A stretch of DNA of 64,000 nt from the IMG/VR virus record IMGVR_UViG_3300020045_017904, positions 29,657 to 93,656 of that record. One strand, 5' to 3'. The position numbers and the translations under genes were made by a program. Below are positions 29,694 through 39,772 of this stretch, piece by piece. Positions within the stretch are counted from its first letter, which is position 1. Every line of letters starts with the position of its first letter. The DNA is from a virus. The notes under the pieces were generated by a model that saw only the letters and a program-made list of their open reading frames with translations, was not told where the DNA came from and did no database searches.

Positions 29694-31382
29694 TTAGATT
29701 GTATTTAAACCATCTATATATATTTTACCGAAATATTCAGGTCTTAACATCTTTTTAGCATATCTTGTAAGTAAACCTTTTCTTGGGGTAAATGTATCTG
29801 GGTCGTAAACAATTGGAGTTTGAATCAAGGCAACATAAGGTGCAAATACAGCTCCAGCTTCTAGGAATTGATTTCCTCTATATCCCATTAACATCAAGTT
29901 TTCAGTTAAATATGGGTTTTTGTAGATTTGATATCTTCCATTTAAAGATCCTGCTTTTTGTACTCCAAATGCATACTCCATTTGTGAAGCTTCTCCATTA
30001 CTTGTTGAAGCAAATCCTGGGATTGATTCAAGTATAGTTGCTACTGTTGGAGATGTTACTATCCAATTGGCTCCACCTCTTAATGTTAATTGGTGAATTT
30101 TGTTACTTAATTTTTGTACTTTAGTACCTAATGTTTGGAACCATGCACCTTGTGTGTTGTAATAAGCAGATGTTATTGTTCCAAATGCTGTTCCAGCTGC
30201 ATTTAATACTTGGTTGTTATTAGCACTCCAATACTCAGTTCCTGCTGCTGCATCTTCAATCAACATATCTAAGATTTCTAAATCAATTTCCATTGAAATA
30301 TATTCACTCATTATATTTGTTAATTCTTTTTCAGCATCAATATTTTGGTATGCTTCTAAATCTTGTTGAAACTCAGGAGTCCAAACTGCTTTTAATTTTT
30401 TAGTTTTCGCAGTAATACTTTGGCTTTGCATTTTAACATTAATCTCAGGGATTACTATTGTTGTTAAACTTGCTGAGTTAGGTATTGAGAATGAACCTGA
30501 TGTTGAATCTTCAAAATCACCTCTTAAATTATCGGCTGTTTCTTTATTATAGAAAACAACATATGAACCTGAGTTTGAGTTTGCTGTTGAAGCTGTTACA
30601 AAGAAGTTAAGTTCGTTGTTTATAGAATCATAATAGTGGAATTGTTGTAAGTTTTGTGCAGCTGTTATTGAACCTGAAGTTATAACAAATCCTCTTACTG
30701 CATCTCTGTCAAAATAAGGCAATGCTGATGTTGAACCAGTAATTACTAATCTTTTTATTGTTCCTGCAGCTACTGATGCTGAATAATTAGCATCAAATTT
30801 AATATCTGATAATGATGCAGAGTGAATATTTCCTGTATCTGATACTGAAGATGAGATAAATTGTGATGCTGAGAAGTTATTTGTAGAATATGTAAATCTT
30901 CCTGTTCCATATAAACCACCTGATGGAGCTAATGTTTGGAATGGGAATCTACCTGCTGAGTTTCTTTGTCCATAAAGTGATTCACCTGAGTTAAATGGAG
31001 TTTTTGTATTTCCATATTGGAAATCAAGGAAAAACACAAGTCCTGAAGGTAAATTCATTGGTTGAACTGAAACAAATTCTTTAGCAGCTATTTGAGAGAA
31101 TACTTTACGTACTAAAGGCAAAGCTATACCTGCCCAGTTTTCTGATTGTCCTACTGTAAAAGTTCCAGCTCCTGAACCAGCACCAGTTGTATTTACTTCT
31201 GTTACTAATTGTTTTGCTTGATTTTCAAGCATCAAAGCCATGTTATTTTTTTCAGTACCTTTTAAACCGTTTAATAATCCAGTTTTAGACCATTTATCAG
31301 CTAATTTTGCTGATTCTTTTTGGACTGTTTTCCATTCGTTTGCACTTTCTAAAAGTGATTGTATTGATGTTGTTGTGTTCAT
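29694..31382 (-). CDS. Major capsid protein (T4 gp23-like)
   Basis: LENQ, LPLVRKV, VSVQPMNLPSGL.F, AKTKKLKA.WT.E..QDL, EIDLEIL, FAPYV, FTPRKGLLTRY. Confidence 0.95.
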   Translation of the reverse strand: MNTTTSIQSLLESANEWKTVQKESAKLADKWSKTGLLNGLKGTEKNNMALMLENQAKQLVTEVNTTGAGSGAGTFTVGQSENWAGIALPLVRKVFSQIAAKEFVSVQPMNLPSGLVFFLDFQYGNTKTPFNSGESLYGQRNSAGRFPFQTLAPSGGLYGTGRFTYSTNNFSASQFISSSVSDTGNIHSASLSDIKFDANYSASVAAGTIKRLVITGSTSALPYFDRDAVRGFVITSGSITAAQNLQQFHYYDSINNELNFFVTASTANSNSGSYVVFYNKETADNLRGDFEDSTSGSFSIPNSASLTTIVIPEINVKMQSQSITAKTKKLKAVWTPEFQQDLEAYQNIDAEKELTNIMSEYISMEIDLEILDMLIEDAAAGTEYWSANNNQVLNAAGTAFGTITSAYYNTQGAWFQTLGTKVQKLSNKIHQLTLRGGANWIVTSPTVATILESIPGFASTSNGEASQMEYAFGVQKAGSLNGRYQIYKNPYLTENLMLMGYRGNQFLEAGAVFAPYVALIQTPIVYDPDTFTPRKGLLTRYAKKMLRPEYFGKIYIDGLNTI

Positions 31383-31413
31383 TTTTATATTTTTTGTTTT
31401 TTAAGTTTAAATG

Positions 31414-32400
31414 TTATTTTTCTGGAGATAGTCCTGCTATTTCCATCATTCTTGTAAATGCTTTGTTTGTTTCAATTATAGGAGTTTTTGTAGAATTACT
31501 ATTCATATTTTCTACTAATTTTATTGCACTCCCCATAATTTTTTTATTTTCAATTATTGGTTTTTTAGACTTGCTTAATCCTTCATTTAAAGTTTCATAT
31601 ACAAGTTCTACTTCTTTTTTAGTTTTTGTTTTATCAAATGCTCTTAATACTTTAATTTTTTGGTTTTCATTAAGATTTTTTGATTTAAAAATTTTATTTG
31701 AATAAAGTAATTTTGCGTTGAACAAATTAACTTCATTTAAAGTTTCTTTTAATTCATTTATTGTTTTTAATGCTTCTTTGTATTGATTTTTTAATGAAGA
31801 ATCTTCTTGAATTGGTTTTTTAACTTCTTTTGAATTTTTCAATTCATTCAATAATTCATCTATATCAATATCATCTTCATCATCTAAACCAAGAGCATCT
31901 TTAGTAGATAAATGATGTTCATCACCATATTCTTCTACTTCTTCAATTTCTGGTTCTTCTTCTAATGTTTCATTTTCACCTTCACCTGCTTTTAAATCAC
32001 CTGATGAAACCATATCTTGAATAACATCTTCAACAAATGCTTTTAAATCTGTTTCTGTCATGTTTTCTAAATCGATTTCTTCATCTTCTTCATTTTCTTC
32101 TTCCCCGTCTTTAGGTTCTTTAGGTTCTTTAGGTTCATCTTTTTTAGCTTCTAATTGTAAATCGTCGTCTTCTTCTAATCCTGCTAAAAGTTCATCTATG
32201 TCTGAATCTTCTGTTCCCATTTCTTCATTTTCGTCTAACTCATCTTCACTTTCCATTTCAGCTAATTTTGCTGATAATTTTTCTTTTAGGAATGGTGTAA
32301 ATGTTTCGTTTAAAGCTTGTGTTGCATTTTCGATAGCTGCTGCTTTAATTATTTTAGCATCTGCTATTGCTTCTTCAAGTAAATTTCTTTTTGGTGTCAT
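31414..32400 (-). CDS. Prohead scaffold/core protein (gp22-like)
   Basis: Acidic/coiled-coil protein directly upstream of the capsid gene; EAIADAK; LNEVNLFNAKLLY. Confidence 0.75.
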   Translation of the reverse strand: MTPKRNLLEEAIADAKIIKAAAIENATQALNETFTPFLKEKLSAKLAEMESEDELDENEEMGTEDSDIDELLAGLEEDDDLQLEAKKDEPKEPKEPKDGEEENEEDEEIDLENMTETDLKAFVEDVIQDMVSSGDLKAGEGENETLEEEPEIEEVEEYGDEHHLSTKDALGLDDEDDIDIDELLNELKNSKEVKKPIQEDSSLKNQYKEALKTINELKETLNEVNLFNAKLLYSNKIFKSKNLNENQKIKVLRAFDKTKTKKEVELVYETLNEGLSKSKKPIIENKKIMGSAIKLVENMNSNSTKTPIIETNKAFTRMMEIAGLSPEK

Positions 32401-32531
32401 TAAAATTTGGTTTTTTGTGGTTGTGTACGCTTATTAAAAATTAAAACGTAATAAGAAATAAAATATTTAATACAATATAGAACATTGCATATTCCCCTAT
32501 ACGTATATAGAAAAAAATAAAAATATAGAAA

Positions 32532-33203
32532 TTAAGTTAAAGTTTGTAAAAAAGGAATAATTTTAGATTCTAATAAACTATATCCTGAAGCATTTGGGTG
32601 TAATCCATCAGAAGTATATGTTCCAACATTACCTGCATTTATCCCCCCATTATTATATTGATCAAAACAAGGGATATTATTAACACTACAAAAATTAACT
32701 GTTGCAGCTGATAATTGTCCAACATTACCAGGAAAAATTTGACTACTTGTTTGAATAGCATAAGCTGGGGATAAATAAACTATATGTTTATTTGGAAACA
32801 TGGCTCTTAACCCATTATTCATTACTTTTAAAGCCCCATAATATGTTAAGAATGTGGTATCTGAAATATCACCTATTATTGTTGACATATCTGTTTCTGA
32901 ACCAGCAAAAGATGAATCATTAACTCCTCCTGATACAATTACTAAATCAACTCCACTACTTGATAAGGCTTGATAAACTCCTGATGATGCCATTCTAACA
33001 TCAGTACTAAAACCCCCATAACAACATAATCTTCTCCCATTGAAACCAAAATTATATATATTTGAAATGCCTGTAGCATTTTTTATTGCTGTAAAAGGGC
33101 TTCTGAAGTTTACAATAGAATCCCCAAAATAATCAGCTGTTATTCCATTTAAATTAAAATATGCTGCTCTTTCTGTGGTTCTAAAAGAATTTATATAATT
33201 CAT
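32532..33203 (-). CDS. SGNH/GDSL hydrolase (esterase/deacetylase)
   Basis: Blocks FGDSI, G.NG, GGVND and DGLHPN..GY. Confidence 0.85.
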   Translation of the reverse strand: MNYINSFRTTERAAYFNLNGITADYFGDSIVNFRSPFTAIKNATGISNIYNFGFNGRRLCCYGGFSTDVRMASSGVYQALSSSGVDLVIVSGGVNDSSFAGSETDMSTIIGDISDTTFLTYYGALKVMNNGLRAMFPNKHIVYLSPAYAIQTSSQIFPGNVGQLSAATVNFCSVNNIPCFDQYNNGGINAGNVGTYTSDGLHPNASGYSLLESKIIPFLQTLT

Positions 33204-33205
33204 TT

Positions 33206-34048
33206 TTATATATTATTTATACCATTAAATGTTTTTACTTCAGCTATTGGCATATTATTAAATGTTTTTACTTCAGCTATTGGTACTCCAAAAAAACTTT
33301 TTATTGAAGAAGCAACTGCTACTTCAGGTACAGAATATCTTTTTGATGGGATTATAAAATTATAAGTTGGGTTACTTAATATTTTTATTTCTGCTAATGA
33401 TGGTAATCTTTTATAACATCTTACATCACTTATCCACCCTCCAAATTTTTTAGAAAAATCACCAGATTGTGCCCCAATAACTGGGTATTCACCCCCTGCC
33501 ATAGTAATTGTTCCTATAGTACCTGTGCTTGTACCTACTTGTGTTCCATCTACATATAAAGTAACAGTATTACCATCACGAACCATTAATAAATGTTGCC
33601 ATTTTGTTGTACTTTGGGTACCAGCTTGTACTGAAACAATAGGATTACTACCATCCCCAGCAAAACATCTCCAATTACCAAATTGTCCTTGTATTTCAAA
33701 CCAAGTAGCAGTATTTGCTGATCTTCTCCAATTATAAAGAACATCATCCCCACCTATAGGATCAAAAGCCCAAAGAGATACAAAATATTGGGTTGGGGTG
33801 TCAGTCCATAATTGTGGAGTTGTTATATAATCTGTAGATCTATTAAATTTCCAAGACTGAAGATTATTATTTTTATTAAGAGCCCATTGAGGGTTTCCAA
33901 CAAAAGTTCCATGTTTACCATAACCTGATAAATCTGGAAGAGTTCTACCAGAACCTAACCCAATATAATGAGCAGCAAGACCTGTTCTAAGTCTTGGGTC
34001 TGTATTTTTGGGATTAAATACTCTTTGGCCTGAATGTTTATATCTCAT
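33206..34048 (-). CDS. LamG / concanavalin A-like lectin-domain protein
   Basis: DLSGYGKHGT; WQHL..VRDG....LYVDG; FGG.ISDVR.Y.R. Confidence 0.8.
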   Translation of the reverse strand: MRYKHSGQRVFNPKNTDPRLRTGLAAHYIGLGSGRTLPDLSGYGKHGTFVGNPQWALNKNNNLQSWKFNRSTDYITTPQLWTDTPTQYFVSLWAFDPIGGDDVLYNWRRSANTATWFEIQGQFGNWRCFAGDGSNPIVSVQAGTQSTTKWQHLLMVRDGNTVTLYVDGTQVGTSTGTIGTITMAGGEYPVIGAQSGDFSKKFGGWISDVRCYKRLPSLAEIKILSNPTYNFIIPSKRYSVPEVAVASSIKSFFGVPIAEVKTFNNMPIAEVKTFNGINNI

Positions 34049-34554
34049 TAAGTAACAGTTTCAGTAAATCCATACCAATTTATCATATGATTACTACCTG
34101 TAGAATTTAAATTCACACCTGTATTGTGCGTTACAAATATTACAAATTTTTTAGGAAGTAAACCTCCAAACAGAGCAGCAACTGATTTAAAACTAAAGGG
34201 ATAAGATATGTTGGATGTAGTAGAAACTACTGGGATAACATGGGCTAAAACTAATCCTGAATCTCTAACCTCAGCATTTGTTAATGTTTCTGCACTATCA
34301 GTACCATCTAATACATCAGGCCATGTTGGAGTATCATTTATAATAGCAGCAACATAAATTCTTATCTCTTTATTTGTTGTAGGTGTAGTACCAACGGTTA
34401 TTATACCTGATAAACCAACATCAAGAAATAAATTAGATGTATTATCAAATTCAGTTGATTCTCTTCCTGTTAAAAGGTTAGCATCTGTAGCAAGGGAAGC
34501 AAGAGTTATTGGTATTGACCCTGACCCAGCATATTTATTTTTAATTTCTGACAT
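34048..34554 (-). CDS. Hypothetical beta-rich structural protein
   Basis: Part of the fibre/lectin cluster. Confidence 0.55.
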   Translation of the reverse strand: MSEIKNKYAGSGSIPITLASLATDANLLTGRESTEFDNTSNLFLDVGLSGIITVGTTPTTNKEIRIYVAAIINDTPTWPDVLDGTDSAETLTNAEVRDSGLVLAHVIPVVSTTSNISYPFSFKSVAALFGGLLPKKFVIFVTHNTGVNLNSTGSNHMINWYGFTETVT

Positions 34555-34581
34555 AATTTTTTATTTTTGTTTCTTATATTT

Positions 34582-36534
34582 TTAAACATGTGTTATATAA
34601 TCATTACTAACATCTACATCTATTTCGTCTGTTGTATTTGCCCATCCTATTCTTCTTGTTACACTATCTGTTCCATTAGGGTATGTTTGAGTAATTGCTC
34701 CTGAAGATGTTGCAAGCATTACAGGGCCTGATACTGTAAATGTTGGGAACAATGAATCTGCTCTAATTTTCCCTCTAAACATAATTGTAGTTCCATTATT
34801 ATCATTTCCTGCAATAACACATATACCAACTCTTACATCCCCTGATGTACTACTTTGGCTTGCATTTGTTTTTACCCATTTACTACCTGAAGCTCTTAGG
34901 TATATGGCTTCTCCAAATGCTACTGTTTCTCCTAAAGTTCCTGATTCTGCTACAATTGCTGACCAGGTTCCATCTGCACTTAAAGCTGTATCTAATAGTA
35001 TACTTTTATTTTCAGCTAATACTAAATTTGATATTAGTGTACTACCACTAAATAAATTAACATAAGATGATGAAATTATTGCATATGAAGCTGTTAAAGC
35101 AGCATAACTTGTAGATACTGCTGTTAATGAACTTGTTATAGTATTAAAACTTGAAGTTGTTGTAAAGGAACTTGTTACCCAATCATATACTACTTTTGAA
35201 CCATAGTATGTAGTATTACTACTACTACCTGATAGTATATGTGTTACTTTATTTAAAGAATTTTCTGCACTTCCTGATTTTACTCTTATTGATTTAACAT
35301 CCCAACTTGCACTTCCGAAGGAAACTAATTCCCATTCATCATCAACAGAAGCAGAATAATTTACATTACCAGGTAATGTTAAATTTGCTGAATTTATTAA
35401 TACTAATGCTTCTTTAAATGTTAAATATTTTCTTGTACCTACTTGGGCTGTTGAAAATGATGAAATAGAAGCAGAACCAACTATATTAAGAGAATTTCCT
35501 AATGAAGGTCCTATATCTACTATAGTTGAGGCGGATAATGCTGAACCTGTTCTAAAATTTACAGGTCCTATAAAATTTCCCCCACTTAAATAATAACTTG
35601 TACTTGCAGCAAATGAAGCTGTTAATGAAGCATATGATGAAGAAACTGTTACAAATGAAGCTGAAGTTGAACTATATGATGCAGTTAATGAAGCATATGA
35701 TGATGAAAGAGCAGTTATATCACTTGGATTTAAAGCTGCAACTGAAGTTGAAACAGCTATAAATGAAGAGGAAACAACTATAAAAGATGCTGAAACTGTA
35801 TTATGTGATGCTGTTAAAGCAGCATAGCTGGTTGATACTGCGGAAAATGATGCAGTTAATGAAGCATATGAAGTTGAAACAGCGGAAAAAGATGCAGTTA
35901 AAGCAGCTAATGAAGTTGAAATGGCATTTATACTTGCAGTACTTAAAGTTGCTACAGAAGCTGATACTACACTATATGATGCAGTTAAAGAAGCATAAGA
36001 AGTTGAAACAGCATTAAAAGATGCAGTTAAAGAAGCATAAGAAGTTGAAACAGCATTAAAAGATGCAGTTAAAGAAGCGTAAGATCCTGAAACAACATTA
36101 AATGAAGCTGATGTAGTGTTAAAAGATGCAGTTAAAGAAGCATAAGAAGTTGAAACAGCGGAAAAAGAGGAAGTTAATGCAGCATAAGAAGTTGAAACTA
36201 CTGTTAATAATGCTAAATTTCCACTTATTTGAGGTTGTATACTACTTGTTACCCCTTTAACAAAACTTAATTCTGTTAAACTTGGATATGTTCCTGTTGG
36301 TAATGATCTTAATCCTTTATTTATATCTAAATGGGCAATAGTAAGATACTGTTCTGATGATAAGCTAGCTGTTTGTGGAAAATCAACTATATCAGTACTC
36401 ATACTAATAGGTAAATTTGCCCCATTCCCATCACTTAATTGTTTAAGAGATGAAGATACTGGATTATTATCTCCAAATTTTATTATACTATCAAAAGTAG
36501 TAGCTGGGGTTGACCCCGAAAATGATGTTCCCAT
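34582..36534 (-). CDS. Fibre-like structural protein with Ser/Thr/Ala heptad repeats
   Basis: Repeated SYASLTASF.AVST units followed by C-terminal beta-rich domains. Confidence 0.65.
   Translation of the reverse strand: MGTSFSGSTPATTFDSIIKFGDNNPVSSSLKQLSDGNGANLPISMSTDIVDFPQTASLSSEQYLTIAHLDINKGLRSLPTGTYPSLTELSFVKGVTSSIQPQISGNLALLTVVSTSYAALTSSFSAVSTSYASLTASFNTTSASFNVVSGSYASLTASFNAVSTSYASLTASFNAVSTSYASLTASYSVVSASVATLSTASINAISTSLAALTASFSAVSTSYASLTASFSAVSTSYAALTASHNTVSASFIVVSSSFIAVSTSVAALNPSDITALSSSYASLTASYSSTSASFVTVSSSYASLTASFAASTSYYLSGGNFIGPVNFRTGSALSASTIVDIGPSLGNSLNIVGSASISSFSTAQVGTRKYLTFKEALVLINSANLTLPGNVNYSASVDDEWELVSFGSASWDVKSIRVKSGSAENSLNKVTHILSGSSSNTTYYGSKVVYDWVTSSFTTTSSFNTITSSLTAVSTSYAALTASYAIISSSYVNLFSGSTLISNLVLAENKSILLDTALSADGTWSAIVAESGTLGETVAFGEAIYLRASGSKWVKTNASQSSTSGDVRVGICVIAGNDNNGTTIMFRGKIRADSLFPTFTVSGPVMLATSSGAITQTYPNGTDSVTRRIGWANTTDEIDVDVSNDYITHV
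35590..36200 (-). repeat. 42-bp (14-aa) coding tandem repeat array
   Basis: Exact units GATGCAGTTAAAGAAGCATAAGAAGTTGAAACAGCATTAAAA at 35978 and 36020, a partial copy at 36062, and degenerate copies on both sides. Confidence 0.9.
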
Positions 36535-36540
36535 TTTTTA

Positions 36541-36819
36541 TTATAAATCGTTAGTATCTTTTAAAGCACTATATACAAAAGCGGCACCTGAAGATTGACT
36601 AACTGCTGTTATTTGAGCATAGATAGGAATCCCCGCTTCGAAAGTATTTAAAATTGAACTTCCACTTGATATATTACCAGTAAAAATAGTTGCTACAGAT
36701 CTTGTAATAGGCATATACAAGAAAAAATATTGTCCACTTCCTGAAACTGAAGCTGAACCTGTTAAATATGTTCCACCTCCTAATCCATAAGGATGTCTAA
36801 ATTCATCTATTCTACTCAT
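36541..36819 (-). CDS. Small Ser/Gly-rich structural protein (candidate head decoration)
   Basis: LTGSASVSGSG; G.PIY..IT.V..SSG; has its own upstream promoter motif. Confidence 0.5.
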   Translation of the reverse strand: MSRIDEFRHPYGLGGGTYLTGSASVSGSGQYFFLYMPITRSVATIFTGNISSGSSILNTFEAGIPIYAQITAVSQSSGAAFVYSALKDTNDL

Positions 36820-36886
36820 TATTTATTTATAAATATTGAGAAAAAATAGAAAAATATGAAATATAAATTTATTTGTTTTTTAAATC

Positions 36887-37501
36887 CTAAAGAATAGGGC
36901 ATGAACCATTATTACATAAGATTTCAGTAATAATTTGATTAATTCTATTATACTTGTTTAGGTCTATTTTATTATTTTCTTGCCCTTCATTTATCATTTT
37001 TACCCAACTGTTTTTGTTTGAGGGTTGAGAAACAGCATCCCAAGTTATAAGGTCAAAGTCATCTTGAACCTCCATCTTACCCTCAGCTACTTGTTTTAGG
37101 CTTCCCATACCCCTACTAGAAACACCTACAGCAACCCCATTTTCTAATAAAGCTCTAAATATATTTCCACTTGTTGTTGGTAATATTTCTATTTTTCCTA
37201 AAATATTATTTCCATCCCACCAAACTTCTCTTATTATATGAGATACATTTTTTAATGAAACAATGTTTGAATCAGGATGATCTAATTCTCCTGTACTATT
37301 GTTTAATTTGATTTTTTCTTGAAATTTTCCAATTTCTCTTTCCCAAAGTTCACGTGGGTAAACTCTACCATTACCATTTTCTTTTTCAACAGTTGCTAAT
37401 GGTCCTTCAACAATCAAATTACCTGTAGAAGATTTTTGTCCTTCTCTAAGTGAGGTTGTCCAATTGAATATTTGGGTTTCTATAAGTAATTGTTTTGACA
37501 T
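36887..37501 (-). CDS. Prohead protease (T4 gp21-like)
   Basis: NGNGRVYP, GELDHP, VSH, GVSSRGMGS, WDAVSQPS. Confidence 0.93.
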   Translation of the reverse strand: MSKQLLIETQIFNWTTSLREGQKSSTGNLIVEGPLATVEKENGNGRVYPRELWEREIGKFQEKIKLNNSTGELDHPDSNIVSLKNVSHIIREVWWDGNNILGKIEILPTTSGNIFRALLENGVAVGVSSRGMGSLKQVAEGKMEVQDDFDLITWDAVSQPSNKNSWVKMINEGQENNKIDLNKYNRINQIITEILCNNGSCPIL

Positions 37502-37502
37502 T

Positions 37503-37733
37503 TTAAATTTGATCTATATAATTTACTATATAATTTTTGAAATCTGTTTTTTCAAATCCTTCTTGATATAAATCAGTAAATATAATTCTTAATTTATCTT
37601 GAAGTATCTTAAGATCTTGAGTATTAGCTAATCCTTCTATTCTTTCAAATGTTTCTAAATCTTGATTTTCATTAAGATCATCAACCCCAGCAATTTCTTG
37701 CATTCTTTCTATTTCATTTATTAGTTTTTTCAT
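37503..37733 (-). CDS. Putative internal head protein
   Basis: N-terminal ERMQEIAG motif and an LNE site. Confidence 0.55.
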   Translation of the reverse strand: MKKLINEIERMQEIAGVDDLNENQDLETFERIEGLANTQDLKILQDKLRIIFTDLYQEGFEKTDFKNYIVNYIDQI

Positions 37734-37735
37734 TT

Positions 37736-39772
37736 TTATCTTACAGTTAATTGTGTGATTTGATCTCTATATTTTTCGTGTTCAGGGTGTTGTTTTAGAT
37801 AAATATCAACAGCTTGTTTTACTGAACCTGCTTCTCCAGAATCTACTAAATCATCTAATTTATCTTTTATATTTGCAAATATAGTTTCCATTGATTCTTT
37901 CATTGTTTCTTCCATTCCTTCTCCCCCCATATTGTCTCCATCATCTTCATTATCAATTGGAGCCGCAGTTACTATTTTTTTCTTACCTTTAGTTTTTCTT
38001 TCATAAAGTTTTTCTAATTTAGATTTTGCTTTTTCCAATTCAGTGATTTCTTTTTGGATACTTTTAATTTTTACAGGATCTACAAATTCTTGTAAATCAT
38101 CCATTTGCTCAGCCATAGTAATTTTGTCTTTTAAACGTTTTACTTCGTTTACAATGCATTCAATATTGGCCTCCAACGCTAGTTCCTCACTCACGGTTTG
38201 GTATGATTTAAGACGCGATAAAACATCATTCTTTTTAGGTTTTTTTACGACTGAAACTTGTGATTTTTCTTTTTCTTCATTCTCATGAAGAGCTTTTCTT
38301 ACAATTTCTTTTATATTAATTTTCATATTTATATTTTCATTTATATTTTCATTTATATTTTCAGCATATTGAGCAGCAGGATCATCTTCATATCCATAAT
38401 GTTTTCCCCCTGCAGGATCAGTCCATTCTTCATCATCTAATAATTTAACATATTGTTTAATTGTTGAACTACCTAATTCAATATATTTACCATCATCAAA
38501 TTGGAATAAAAAACCTTTACCAACTGAACTACCTGGAGTTATTTTTGGGTTTTTCATACTTAAACCAATATAAGTTATAGGTAAATCTTCCGCACCCATT
38601 GTCCAATTATATTTTTCTCCTTTATCTAAATTTTTATAAACTAGATGATTTAAATCATCTTGAGATTCATCCAATTTATCATCAGATTCTCCATCAATAT
38701 AATGTGGTTCACCTTTTGGGTCTATTGCACAATCATCTTGGTCATTATAAGATTCTTCATCTAAACTATTTACATAACGACTAACATTAGTACTAAGCCA
38801 ATCAGGTAAATCATCAAATTTCTCTATCCCAGCATATTTTTCAGCATCATCTGGATCTTTACAATATTGTGCTAATATATCTTCTCTTTGTTCATATGTT
38901 AATTCTGACCAATAGATATTATCTTTATCTCCAGTCATTTCCTTTATGTTTGCATATCCAGGAACAATTATTAATTCTTTTTTATCTGCATATTTTTTTG
39001 CTTCTTCTGGAGAATCAAACCTCATATCAATTTGAGCCATACCATCAGGTCTTTCTAAAACATAAATTGTAGTTTCTCCTTTACCTGAAGGAGATATCAT
39101 TACTTCTTCTCCTTTAGTACCCATATAACTACTTTCACTTATTAATTTAACTAATGAAAATTTGGATTCATTTAAATCTTTTTTATCAATATCACCATAC
39201 CCACTCCCAGCATACTTACCTTTTGGTTCTTTGGTTTTTTCAGCTTCTTTATAACCTACTCCTTTTATACCAAATTGTCCGTCTTTAACATAATGGTTTA
39301 TGTCTTTTGCTAAATTTTTTCTTACAATTTCTTTTAATTCATCTACTGTTTTATCCTTGTTTTCAGGATCTTTCATTTCAGTATAATAAGCATTTAAAAA
39401 TGTTTGACCATACACATTATCAATGTTTTTATCATTTTTATTATCAAATGCTTTCTTTTGAACGTTTAAAACTTCTTTGTCAGGTTGAGTATCATCTTTT
39501 TTCTTTGCTTCAGTTATAATACCTTTTTGAAGATTTCTCATACTATTTTTGAAGATATCCTGATAGTCAGAAGCTTGTAAATTAGCTCCTTTTTCAATTG
39601 GGTTTGAAATATTTTCAAATAATAAAGATTTCTCTTTTAGTATTTTAACAGCTTCATTATATGAAGTATATTGGTTTGTGTATTGAGGAAATATTCTTCT
39701 AACATTTTTCATGAAGAAGTCTTTGTTACCTTTTCCTTCTTGTATTTGTTGATATTGTTGTTGTATGTTCAT
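37736..39772 (-). CDS. Large acidic putative head/internal (poly)protein
   Basis: Between portal and protease; many [LI]xE sites; V.KNL.KD..Y motif. Confidence 0.6.
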   Translation of the reverse strand: MNIQQQYQQIQEGKGNKDFFMKNVRRIFPQYTNQYTSYNEAVKILKEKSLLFENISNPIEKGANLQASDYQDIFKNSMRNLQKGIITEAKKKDDTQPDKEVLNVQKKAFDNKNDKNIDNVYGQTFLNAYYTEMKDPENKDKTVDELKEIVRKNLAKDINHYVKDGQFGIKGVGYKEAEKTKEPKGKYAGSGYGDIDKKDLNESKFSLVKLISESSYMGTKGEEVMISPSGKGETTIYVLERPDGMAQIDMRFDSPEEAKKYADKKELIIVPGYANIKEMTGDKDNIYWSELTYEQREDILAQYCKDPDDAEKYAGIEKFDDLPDWLSTNVSRYVNSLDEESYNDQDDCAIDPKGEPHYIDGESDDKLDESQDDLNHLVYKNLDKGEKYNWTMGAEDLPITYIGLSMKNPKITPGSSVGKGFLFQFDDGKYIELGSSTIKQYVKLLDDEEWTDPAGGKHYGYEDDPAAQYAENINENINENINMKINIKEIVRKALHENEEKEKSQVSVVKKPKKNDVLSRLKSYQTVSEELALEANIECIVNEVKRLKDKITMAEQMDDLQEFVDPVKIKSIQKEITELEKAKSKLEKLYERKTKGKKKIVTAAPIDNEDDGDNMGGEGMEETMKESMETIFANIKDKLDDLVDSGEAGSVKQAVDIYLKQHPEHEKYRDQITQLTVR

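Noticed and set aside
35590-36200. CRISPR array
   Set aside because: These are contiguous in-frame coding repeats with no unique spacers, and there are no cas genes.
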